A stretch of 47,713 nucleotides of DNA from Paraglomus brasilianum. Lineage: Eukaryota. Position 1 is the stretch's first letter. Each line of letters opens with the position of its first letter. A model generated the notes under the pieces. The model was not told the DNA's origin and did no database searches. It was given only the letters and a program-made list of their open reading frames with translations. The stretch is from positions 1-47,713 of the forward strand of contig CAJVPI010000160.1 in assembly GCA_910592345.1 (NCBI GenBank), in the 5' to 3' direction. Shown piece after piece: positions 36,613 to 47,713 of this stretch. Position numbers and translations under genes: made by a program.

Positions 36613-37329
36613 GAGCAAATGAGCAAAACAGTTTTTTCCACTGTATTATTACTGGTAATGAAACCTCAACCAAGAAGACAGTAAAGTATGGTTGAAATTA
36701 GGAGAATCAAGACCCCAAATTATGTGTACAGCTAAAAACAATTACAATTTTTCTCTGTAAAAGGGATTGTGGCTGGAATAGTGTGTGCCCAAAGGACATT
36801 AAATATTACTTCTCTATATTTTCCAACACCACAAGTCTTTGTTGAATGTCTAGCAGTTTATGATGTAATTCTTTATCATGGCAGAAATTGTTACTGCTAC
36901 ATAAAAGAGAAAGAGGGTCCAGTTGCTTTTTATTTCCTAGAAACAGGTGGAAGTTAAAAATCTTGCATGGGGTGTTCAGGCAGTGTCTGATAGCATACCA
37001 AAGATGAATACTGTCAGAGCCAGTAGAAAGGGCTTAAACTTTGCATAGACAAAAAGTACTTTAGCAAGATAGTAATTGTATGTATGCACGTTTTCAATAC
37101 AAATTTATATTCTATACGAAATGCTTGATAGCTGTTGAACAATTGCTAATTGAATCATATATCAAACAAAAAAACTTTGTCTGTGTATATACTGACATAC
37201 TAATCGGGCGATCGTAAATAAATTCAGACCACATACTTTTCGGCATTATCTCCGATTCTATCGATTCATATAGTGCGTGCTATTGTTTTCGGACATCGGC
37301 ACATGATTACGTTAATGACCCTCCCTATA

Positions 37330-37437
37330 ATCATGCAACTTTTGCTCGAAATGTGCTTACAAAGAGGTAGTGCTATATAGAAAATAAGTTCAAACATAGC
37401 GTGCTTATAAAGGGGATGACTGTAAAGAGGCTGACTG
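37330..37437 (-). mobile_element. Solo end of the 23552-23685 MITE family
   Basis: Reverse complement TA|CAGTCAGCCTCTTTACAGTCATCCCCTTTATAAGCA matches the left end at 23552. Confidence 0.7.
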
Positions 37438-39054
37438 TATACTGGCGCCATTCCGCTATATTAGGTGTAAAGTAAATGGCGATAATAACAGGTTGATTGA
37501 TGAACGATAGGCTGAGAAAAAATGGCCATTCAATCCACTTCCAAATTTGATCCTTTGAGCAACAAATGACGTTCAATGACGCCATAAAAAAATGATAACA
37601 TAACTGCGCAATCGATAGTATTTTTCACTATGAAAAGATCACTATGAAAAAACAACCCATACAAGCATTTATAGTCTTTACATGTGATCTTCTTACTGTA
37701 TCGAGTATCACAATGACAACCATGTTACATGTAACATTTTGGAGATAAGAAATGTGTAAATATATCGATATTTCCTTATTGATACTAATTATAGTAATAG
37801 AGCGTAAAAATAGCCAAATAATGTAGACATACCCAATATTTAGAGTTCAGAAAATTGGAATACAAAGCTTGAGATCTTTTTTTCGGCCCGAATTTTGGTC
37901 AACGATCGTTGTGGTACCCAACTCGATAATTAGCTTTTTAGCTTATCCTCTACTACCGCTGCCATTTACACAATTGCCCCTCACTCTATTATTCATATTT
38001 TAGCTTAACACACTTTTTTGTTTCACATCTGATTACTGATGTAATTATAAAACTAGCTCAGGTAACACTATCTCCAACGTTACTCAACATGTTGTCATTT
38101 TTTTTATGATGTGATGAAATCGTGCAACTCAATCAAGCTTTGTAATTGTTGTTGACTTGACTCAAATTTGCGTTAATAAATAATATAGACATTTAATTAA
38201 TAGATTTAAACTCAAAAAAGATGCCTTCAAACCGAGCAGAACAATGGTCCAATTAGTAGAATGTTCTGGCAGTGAGAGTCTAAACCAATAAGCAGTCCGT
38301 TAAATTAATCCATACTTGTGTAACCCCAACATTCCACGGACTTTTTTTTTTATTCTGTACCTGCCTTGTTTATCAATACACCCTCGCATGTGTGACGACG
38401 TTGATGCGCCATGTCCTATTTTTAGTCGTTACAATCGGTTTACGCTGTACACTAAAAAATACATGACCGAGAATTCGGACAAATTAATATAAGGATGATA
38501 GTTTAATATTAAAGACAACTCTCAGCATTAATTAGTATTCACAGTCATGTCAGAGAAATCTGCTACTTATCGACAATGTACATTTATTAGGGTTACCAAT
38601 ACTAAAGTTTCTGTTATTAACTGCATTGTTGTCTGATACGATTGGGCGTCACAAGATTTAATTAATTGAAAAAGTCGTCAATTACTAGTTTTGATAAATA
38701 AGTAATAAATATATACATTAGTAATATATATTAGCTAGTTATATATTACAAACGCCATTTTGATGCACCATTGCTATTATTTAAATTAATATTGTGTAAC
38801 TCAATTTATATTAAAAGATTTCTATATTAAACGTATCGAAATAGTAACAAAGGGGGCTTATTTATAATCATCCCAAATTTCAAACTATCATATAAGCAAG
38901 CAGCCACAGCAAAAGCCATCGCCAAGTTTATTCCTCCTAGTAACAACAAAAGCAAAAAAGAAAGCGGAAACCAAAAACTAACTCAAAGACATAACAATAC
39001 CACAGCAATACTGATACACCTTCTTTGCACAGAAGCCATTCATTCGTCATATCA

Positions 39055-39516
39055 ATGCAATACGACGTTTCATCACACTCTTCGTTCACTTCGTTGTCAA
39101 ATATAAGACAACAATCATCCCCGACATCTTCACCAAGTCCATCTATTACCTCATCCCCAACACCCTCTCCAATGTTACCCATACTATCGCCAACAGCGAC
39201 TACTTCGACTGCGCAGGCTGCATCAGCCGAGCTTTACCCATCACATTCAACACACTCTCCATCGTCATCGTCTACAACTCTTCCACCACCCAAAACAGTA
39301 CCAATGATACGCCATGTAATGAACTTCAAACATGAATTGCAGGTAGCCAATTATAAAACAGAAATAAGCACCAACTCATTCGAACTGTGGGAGAAGGCAT
39401 TGCTTCACTCTCTAATGGCTCTGAGTTTGACTATATTAATAGCTGCCATATTCCTACCTGATTATTTCATAGAGAAGGGAAATTTTGTGGAGAGTTATAA
39501 TTCCTTTAATTATTGA
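39055..39516 (+). CDS. Serine palmitoyltransferase small subunit-like protein (SPTss/Tsc3 family) with S/T/P-rich N-terminal extension
   Basis: C-terminal YKTEISTNSFELWEKALLHSLMALSLTILIAAIFLPDYF resembles the SPTss pattern Y.Y......MLEPWE...FNS...(TM)...F(L/M)P. The true start is uncertain (ATG 39055 or 39304). Confidence 0.6.
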   Translation: MQYDVSSHSSFTSLSNIRQQSSPTSSPSPSITSSPTPSPMLPILSPTATTSTAQAASAELYPSHSTHSPSSSSTTLPPPKTVPMIRHVMNFKHELQVANYKTEISTNSFELWEKALLHSLMALSLTILIAAIFLPDYFIEKGNFVESYNSFNY

Positions 39517-39546
39517 ATGGAGAGAAAAGGCCAGAGTTGGAGCGGG

Positions 39547-39627
39547 GAGAGAGAGAGAGAGTGAGTGAGAGAGTGAGTGAGAGAGTGAGTGAGAGAGTGA
39601 GTGAGAGAGTGAGTGAGTGAGAGAGAG
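39547..39627. repeat. GA / GAGTGAGTGAGA microsatellite
   Basis: (GA)n followed by about five 12-bp units GAGTGAGTGAGA. Confidence 0.95.
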
Positions 39628-42164
39628 CCCATGCAGGAAAGTGGCTATTGCGGACGTTCGACTGAACTGAACCGTGCGAATGAGAGTGGGTATATCGGAA
39701 TACCCGAACATTATCGCACATACTTTCTAAATGACGATGCTCGCATTGCAAACAAATCAGCGCTTCCGCAGTACTTATCCTTTGAGCGATTATAAACCAT
39801 TTAAAGGATACGTATTTATTATTATTAGAAAAATATTAGCGTACTCTTTATTTTGTATTGTGCTCTACTAGTTGTAGGGACATGAGATACATAATAACAT
39901 GGTTGGGAGAGAGTTGATGAAAAAAGGCATTCTAATTGCATTCTAATAATTTATATTATATTTAATATTTTACGTTTTAATTTTTTTCTTTTTTGCTAAC
40001 TTTACAATAGACAATTGCATAGACTTTTGTAAAATATATTCATCACTATTACTATGTATGATCATGAATAAAAATGTATATACAATCCGCAACCATCAGC
40101 CATATGATCAGGTTAAAAATAGAACATACGATTATTTAGGGTCTTTATCTTTGCCAAGAAAAGAATGTGAGAAATTCCGCATTCCAGATTTAGACATGTT
40201 TTCAACAGCATTGAGAATCGTGTACAAAATACTATTTACTAGATGTGTACGATATATCGGATTTAATTTGCGACTGTAAAATTTATTGTAGCTAACATAT
40301 ATTTAGTAGAACCTTGCTGGTGTGGCCCTTTTAATTAAGCAGAAAAGCCTTAGGGTTGTGTTTTATTGTGTAATAATGATAAATAAATATTTGTCCGATA
40401 AAAACTTTTCTAGTGGTCAATCACGAAAAAAAAATCTGCATAATGGCAACAAAAATGGTCATTTGAATCAGCAAAGTTTGACGATATCAGATTCCTTTAT
40501 ATGTTCACTCTGACCTTAGCAACTGGCAACGATAATATACCCTTTTTAATAAATGCTGTTCATTCATACGTTCCCGATGAGCCCATATCTTTGTGATGGA
40601 ATACATGGTCCGTGAGATTCATGTGTGTAAAATTTGTTGGGGTCACAGATGGTCAATTAAAAATTCTTTCTGGACTGTGAACAAAACTTAATCATCGCAT
40701 TATCACGATGAAGTACTCATTACGCATGATCGAAACTATTCGTCACATATGAGCCAATAAATTTTCCCTGGGGCAATATTAAATATCTATGGTTAACATA
40801 AACTTTAGTATAACAAAATTCGTGAATTCTCCACAATGTGCGAGACATAGCGATAAGCACACACAGTTTGTTCTGGACTACTTTTGATTGCCCTTCAACT
40901 AGTGGCTGCAAGAAAAATGGTTAACATTGTCTCGATAAAATTTGTAGAATAAATGCTACTGTTTAAATCCCACAGAATACTCTTTAAAGTATCGCGATAC
41001 GTGATGCATATTGTAAGTCAGTAAATATGGGAATAAGAAAAAAGCCTCGTGTAAATAGTTATTTATTTTTATCACGATATGTATTTGGGGATTGCTAGTA
41101 TGTTCGTTTTGCTTATTGCACACATGTGAACGATTCTTAAAGAGAATATACCAAAGAGATATTCCCACAGTTTTATTTATGCATAGTAATACAATAAATG
41201 CTTACGTTGACAATGACAAAATTGTGTCGCCTAATGATAGTATGAGGTAAAAATAGATCATTTAGAGTTTGGATTGGCGTTAGTGCATTTTAACAGATAC
41301 ATTGGTTGTTTAGTAAAGTATGATTTCATCGGCGTTGATAAAATATTGGCATTTTTGCAGAATTCAGAAAAACCAAGTTGAATGATTTTATTCCAGTTTG
41401 TATTAGATCTCGATCCCCAACGCCTAAATTAGAGGGCTATCCCAAAACTAACTAACTGCAAGTTTTCATCTACGTCATAAAAATTCATCTTGGCAAGCAA
41501 GGCATAACCCATGTGTTTACAGGGCAAAGTTCAACTGGTTAATCTTCGGGGTATTTGAAGTAGAATGCCGAACATAACCTCCACAATAGTTTTGATTTCC
41601 ACTTTGGGTTTGTGGCGGAGGCGTAGTTTGCCGAATAAATATAGCCCCATAAACAGGTGTGCTTCAATGACTTTCAATGGAAACATTCGGAGATCGAAGA
41701 ATATAATCCCCGACGCCGCTATGCGTTATTAACAGTGAATTTATTCTATTGTTCATTTTGAGACAATAGTCGAAACCATATGTCGTTTGAGTCAAGTGCT
41801 GTAATAAAGAAGCAATCGATCTTGTATATTGTGTTAATGTAAGTAGCTGATCAGTCAATGTTGACTGGTGGATGTCGTTAATTGAAAGCAAAAGTCAATT
41901 TTACTTTTTATCTCATCGTATACCGATTATTCGTTCATACACGTTGTTTTATCTATCTATTAACAGTCTAGTTAATGCTAAAATAAGGGTTAGTATTTTG
42001 TAATCGCGCCCTCAAGATCGCGTTTATCGTTTCTTAAATAGCAACTATAATAAGCACACTGATTGTGTGTGTGTATTAGTATGCATTTGATTTGGGTTGT
42101 GCAGATCAGTATTATAATAACGTGACTGATTGATATCATTTTTTAACCTTCATTCTCTTCCATA

Positions 42165-43051
42165 ATGTCTTTACTTCGCACAATAAAGAATGCAATAAGA
42201 ATAGGCCCCAAAGAGTTTGTTACTCAACTATGGCATATTGGAGATACAAAGTACGGTGTTTTAGTAGGGGTTGATCAGTTTGGGAACAAGTACTATGAGA
42301 ACAAAGACGAGATTTTCGGTAGGTATCGGGAGAAAGGGAGAGTGGACTAGATGAGAGTAACCGAGATCGTGAGGTAATGCGTATAGTGATGAGTACACGT
42401 AATAGCGACTAGTGTTGTATTAGATAAGACGTTAACGAGATATACTGTGTTTCATGAGATGTAGTAACAGATACATGATAGCTGATATAACGATAATATT
42501 ACTAATCGAATAATTAAGAGTTTCATTATTTTCATCAGCGATAATTGATATTAAATGCAATACACACTCATCAATATGAATGATGCTAATTACTGGTTGA
42601 TACTTATCAATAGGTCGAGATCGATGGGTTGACTATGCCAAGCACTATTACGATGCCAGTCAGGTTCCTGCTGAATGGTGAGCTATCACCCTTAACAAAT
42701 TACAACAACCTTACTTCCACAGCAATATATTTTGTTTCACTAGTTTATATTCACATCCGCTTCTCATTAACTTATATATTTCCTATAATCACTCGAATGA
42801 CGGCGCAATTCGTTATCTTGCGCGTTTTTAATCACTGGCCTTATTACGTATACTTTTTTTTTTTCATCAGGCATCGCTGGATTCACCGAATAACCGATAA
42901 CCCGCCCACTGTTGAACCACCACCATCTCCTAAATTCAAATTACCACACACTGATAATTTCACGGGCACTCGTAAAGCGTACAAACCCTACAGTACAACT
43001 GCACCGAAAATCTCTGCGTGGAAGCCCTCAGTTGATTCGCGAGTGCAATGA
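42165..43051 (+). CDS. NDUFA12: Complex I accessory subunit NDUFA12 (B17.2); exons 42165-42318, 42614-42677, 42871-43051
   Basis: IGDTKYGVLVGVDQFGNKYYEN, GRDRWVDY...YDASQVPAEWHRWIH, NFTGTRKAYKPYSTTAPKISAWKP. Confidence 0.95.
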
Positions 43052-43428
43052 GCTGGGATGCGAGTGTTAAAAGTAGAAATGTGGGAGGATGTTTTTGACG
43101 AGCAAAGAATGGGAGTGATTATGAGAAAAGAACACTAAAAAGGGTTGGAAATGACTGAACGCTTTGAGTCTTTATAGAGGCGCGAGGCTGAAATTACGGG
43201 ATTTGTTTACGACTCTACTTGAATGGTTTTAACTTGACAACTATTAGATTAATATAACATTGGATACAGAATTGGATGGATGATGTTGTTGTCCGAATCT
43301 GTAAATGATATGCGGCTTTCCTGCTGGCTAAAGTAATTATGTACTGTATTATATCGGTATACTTGAACAAGATTCAAATGCAAAACGATATAATTAAGCG
43401 TTTTTATTTACATGAAATACACTTCATA

Positions 43429-44045
43429 TTACAATGTGAAAAATACAGATATGATTGCTTGCAATTGTACATCAACCTCCCCATCCGATTTCGAATAACT
43501 ATTAATTAGTATTAATAGACTCCCGCCCCTCAATCCGCAAAGTTGCTTCACGACGTCAAGATTATTCGCGAGTTTCATTTGGTGGATTGAGTGGAGTTGA
43601 TGTATTGGATTAGTAATAGTAATAAAGCGTTGTGTATCAAGTTTGGTATCGTATGCTGTTACAACCCCCCGCTTGTTACTAAGCCGAGAGTTACTATCTA
43701 TGAAGGACAAAAGGGTCAACATTCGGTTTCGTTCATTAGTGGATTTTCATGAAGAGGAGTAGCGCGTGGAAAGAATTCATCTCTCTCAAAATCCAGCTGA
43801 TAGAGGTGGGCTTGGTCTGCTGATTTCTCATACAGATCGAAATGCTTTATTAGCGCCATCAATATAGCAAGCATGGATCGATCAGCTTCCGTGATGGTGT
43901 TGACGAAATCAATCACGGATATCATATATTTAATATCGGACATAATGGAAGAGAGTTATAGGAATCGGTCTTGGTCATCCGCCGGTAAAGACAATGGCAA
44001 AACGGTTGTCGCCTCATATATCCGCCTTCTGATATAAATATGCCG
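43429..44045 (-). pseudogene. Probable frameshifted relic of an unidentified gene
   Basis: Two adjacent protein-like ORFs (43716-43943, 43429-43722) overlap by a frameshift, and the upstream frame continues past an in-frame stop. No family recognised. Confidence 0.35.
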
Positions 44046-45279
44046 CCCGGGCAACTCAAATCGTAAATTAAGTAAAAATAATCACACTGGTCGCCTTAGA
44101 AGTAGAGGTGGGTATCTTTATTGATGTATTTATCCATGTGTTAAAAGGTGAAGGTAAATCTATTGATCTCTACGATGTTTCTATTGATCTCTATGATGTC
44201 TCTATGAAATGTAAACAAGCAGAAGACTTTTCGCCGGGCAATTTGACATAATAAAGGTCGTAAACGTAGGCATGGAGGATGTGACAGCTGATATTGATCA
44301 GCTTCTGTGATTGTGCTCCATTTTATCTTTTTATTGACATACAGTTCTCCCCCGAAAAGTAATGGCGGGGCGTTTTTTTCTGAAATAATATAAACATAAT
44401 AAACACTCGGACCGCGAAATTTGTCCAACGAAATAAGTCCAGAGGATAAGTCACATGATAATTGATTGGATATCTTTTTTGATGAATACAATTTTGCTTG
44501 ACAACCCGAATACCAACCAGAAGAATCTTGTCGAATGGAGTCAAAAGTGAAAAGAAGGCTTTTTTTTTTTACAATAAATAGACTCTTAGTACTTAGCGAC
44601 AATTAGACTTGTGATTGATTATATTTATTGAACTTCGATCACTATTATTACTATGCTAAAGAAAATCGCAATGAAATTAATCGCACAACACATTATTATA
44701 CTATACGACGAAAAATTGATCTTATTCCGACATGTGCACTTACAAATTTCTAATTGTTTTGCCAAAGTACTATACAATAACAGACTAAGTCTGAACTCGG
44801 GACCAGACAAAAGTATGCATTTAGGGAGTCTGACTATATACAAATATTTCTAATGTTTAAAATGAGCCAAGAAAATGTTGCTATTAACAATTTTTATGAG
44901 TTTGATTCTTTTAAGAAACACCTGCACTGAATAATATTTATACGCAGATTTCGAATAATATTATGTGAAACCACCCTGCCATTGCTTTTCGGGGGAACTA
45001 TGTAAAATAAAGCAAGAGATGAGTTCAAGATACAGTGTCGACCCGAAATTATTGATGAAAATTTTAACGCGCATATCTCGACCAATTCGGAACCAAAACG
45101 CGTCATGTAAAAAATTAAACCAAGGTATTTATTTGTGATAAAATTTTTATCCGATTACAGAAATGCATAAGGCCAAGCGCATTAAGTGGACCCAAAAACA
45201 CCTTAATTATAACTGGACAGGAACCCTGTTTACTTATGAAACAGCATTTCAGCTCTTCAGAAACACTGTTGAGAAACAC

Positions 45280-45530
45280 TGTTGAAGATATAAGGGTCCA
45301 AGGCCTACTAGCTCAATACCAAAGGATTGAACCAAGATTTTTGCTTGGGGAGGATTTTTATTAATGGTAAAACAAGCCTCTTTTGTGTAAAAATATTATG
45401 GATGCAAAATTATGTAGAAATCTTAGAAAGACATATTTCAGAGGTTAATAATTTGATGGTAATATATGGCAGTTTCAACAAGATAATAACCCTAAGCATA
45501 TGAGCCACCTTGCTAAATCATATTTTCAAA
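45280..45530 (+). mobile_element. Tc1-family transposase relic
   Basis: PKIFAWGGF, IMDAK and WQFQQDNNPKHMSHLAKSYF (QQDNDPKH motif of Tc1 DD34E transposases); frameshifted and truncated at a poly-C run. Confidence 0.8.
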
Positions 45531-45991
45531 CCCCCCCCCCCCAATGCGAGAAATTGTCATGGAGGAGTGGAGGTAAACTTATAATGGAGAACAAATTCCA
45601 TTTTAATGAATATCCTTGTTGTAAGCTATCAGACGAGATATTGATAATAATTGTTGGTACAGTCGTTGATTGGCAATAGCCTTTTTCAATAATTTAGTGT
45701 CGTACTGTACATCGCTGGTATAAACAAGTTTCGCTGTATTCGGAATGTCGTTGAGATTTCATCGAAGATTGTTCGTACAATTGATTAGAAACCATAGTGA
45801 AGCAAACTTTGATGTATTTGATTTATTCACGTTGCTTAATGTATCGTCAGACACTCATTACTATTGTTGATACTTACAGCAGCATAATATTCCGTGCCTA
45901 TATTTCACCCTGAAACAATTGTTGCGTATTATACGCACTTTTTAGACCATATTAATCTATTTTACATATAACGAAGGCGATATGTAACATA

Positions 45992-46015
45992 CACCACCCA
46001 GACAAAGTATCGGAC
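45992..46015 (+). mobile_element. Putative Tc1-like TIR
   Basis: TA|CACCACCCAGACAAAGTATCGGA resembles TA|CACTCCCTGGACAAAAGTATCCGA at 47568; no partner end found. Confidence 0.4.
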
Positions 46016-47019
46016 TACCTAACTTTATTAATTACCAAAATTATACATAATAACTAAGGCTGAAAATTTATACTTTATGCTCTGAGTATTGAAAATTGTG
46101 ATATATTATTTTACAGCTTGCACATTCGGGTTTAGCACACTTTTCCCGTCTGTGAAATTGATAATGGCAGATGTTATTATTTTGTTATCAATCCCACATC
46201 TGACGGTGAGTTTGCTAGTATATACTCACTTCCTACATACAATTACAATAATAATGCTTGCAAAAAGGTTTGTATACTTTGTTTAATTGCTCATAAATTT
46301 AATAATTTTTTTTACAATTACTTCTCATAGTTAACTCACGTCTTCGTCTTGTCGATCACGCTAAATCGATTAACTCTCTATCAGGGATAGAATTTCATTC
46401 CTCGACCAATAAACGCACACAATTTTTGGGCATGCTATTGCTACATTTTTTTTTGGCTAAATGCCATAAACTTTCTATGGTATTTAAGTCTGGACTATTG
46501 ACAGGCTAGTAACAGTTTTTCGCGCTGTATATTTAGCTTGTTTGAGACATTCCTGATCGAATCTGACAGCAAAAAGTTAGAGTTGAGCAAAAACGAAATT
46601 AAAAATTCATATTGCATAACATACAATATATGTATTTAAGATGTTTTTGGGGTTTTTGTTTACTACCTTCTAGGCACACTATAGAACGTAATAGTAACTG
46701 AGAAATTTTCAACTTTTTAGGTATTAGATAATTGGGTGCATGCTAACGACAATGTTTTTATTGATTAGAGAGAAATTATAATGACGCATGAATTTCTCTA
46801 ACCATTAACAAGAGCGTAAAAGTCTTCTGATAGGTTTATCATATTTTGCGTACCACATTGTTCTTTCGTCCATTCTCAGTCAGTTACTTCTCAAGTGCTT
46901 ACGACCTATATGAAATTTTAGAGTATGACTTTATTGTCAAGCTACACATAATAATAAGTGTGCTAAAGATAAACATATTATAGATTAGAACAACAAGTAA
47001 TTATGACGTATGCCTCTCA

Positions 47020-47210
47020 CTTTATGCGCAACCATGGTGAACTGCTTCGCCGCATGTGACAATAAAGAGCTGTTCTTCAGGTTCATCGGGTTTGTCTGGT
47101 TGGTTAGGACACCTTACCATGTCAACTATCTCTTGATCAGAGCTCATTATTGATTTTAATACGTAGTCAGATCGAATGTTATCGTCGTCGGCAACTTCCT
47201 CGTCTTTTTA
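47020..47210 (-). mobile_element. Possible pogo/CENP-B transposase C-terminal relic
   Basis: DEEVADDDNIRSDYVLKSIMSSDQEIVDMV...PDEPEEQLFIVTCGEAV loosely resembles the acidic tail of pogo-family transposases. Confidence 0.3.
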
Positions 47211-47379
47211 TTTATTAATTTAAAGAATACGTTTATTTTATTATTGATACTTGCGTTGGATTGTAACAATATTCCACCCGTTTGAATTATTGGGTTGTAC
47301 TCGATAAAATGATTACCAATCATAGTGACGATATGGAGAATTATTATCTACTTATTGCAATTGTATCAATGATGACTCT

Positions 47380-47567
47380 TTTCCTGTGCTAACGCTGTTT
47401 GTGCTGCTCGCTATACTGCATAGGTCACACCGATATCATATTGATATGCTGTAATGAAGTGTTACACTAAACAATATATTGGGCTTTACTATTGGTTGGA
47501 TCTCAGCGTCCGACAATATTAAGTAGTATCGCTAACACGCGAACACGCGTCTACTCATACATACATA
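47380..47567 (+). repeat. Second copy of the non-coding module at ~14085-14355
   Basis: Co-linear blocks TTTTCCTG, TGTAATGA(T/A)GTGTTACACTA, GCTTTACTATTGGTTG, CTAACACGC...GTCTACTCATACATA. Confidence 0.8.
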
Positions 47568-47713
47568 CACTCCCTGGACAAAAGTATCCGATGGGAATTT
47601 TTTCGATTTTATGCAAAATCCAGTATAATAATTACGCAAACTTTTTATATCATTTTGTAGCTTTGCTTTTTGCAAATCTGCATGTGAAGTTTGAAGTGTT
47701 TAGCTTTCTTGAA
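47568..47713 (+). mobile_element. Left end of a Tc1/mariner-like element, runs off the window
   Basis: TA|CACTCCCTGGACAAAAGTATCCGATGGG; homologous to 21158-21300. Confidence 0.7.

Noticed and set aside
39514..39612. Repeated in-frame TGA read as selenocysteine or read-through
   Set aside because: The TGAs arise trivially from the GAGT microsatellite; no SECIS or redox motif is evident.
39803..39811. Perfect U12-type 5' splice site GTATCCTTT on the minus strand
   Set aside because: No TCCTTAAC branch point and no minus-strand gene found; the introns I reconstructed look U2-type.
40500..41900. Several short ORFs suggesting a pseudogene
   Set aside because: No coherent reading frame or recognisable motif.
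5330..43051. Clustering of mitochondrial genes (CBP3, TIM50, MRPS5, NDUFA12)
   Set aside because: They are dispersed among unrelated genes; 4 of about 12 is compatible with chance and no shared motif was seen.

Overview
Eukaryotic, intron-rich fungal DNA. It is most likely Glomeromycotina (arbuscular mycorrhizal fungi) or a close Mucoromycota relative, judging from the short GT-AG introns, a Sel1-repeat relic and a SAM + restriction-endonuclease-like gene relic of the kind expanded in that group; this assignment is inference. About 12 apparently intact genes can be reconstructed by splicing: CUE5-like, TFA1, CBP3, TIM50, a PB1 protein with a C-terminal membrane segment, an orphan coiled-coil gene, MRPS5, a VCX1/CAX exchanger, DBP9, CENP-A, an SPT small-subunit-like gene and NDUFA12. 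They sit in compact islands separated by repeat-rich blocks (about 10.3-16, 21.2-23.7, 32.5-37.5 and 43.4-47.7 kb) holding MITEs, Tc1/pogo/Sola-like transposase relics and pseudogenes. Most notable: (1) a non-coding module upstream of the SAM-nuclease pseudogene recurs at the window end, and the two copies carry different TA-targeting transposons at the same site; (2) a 1.5-kb repeat block has no CpG at all; (3) an intronless PB1 protein appears membrane-anchored; (4) the CAX exchanger has GNAAES instead of GNAAEH; (5) the MRPS5 3' region appears transposon-derived. No rRNA, tRNA or CRISPR array was recognised. All calls were made by eye, without database searches.
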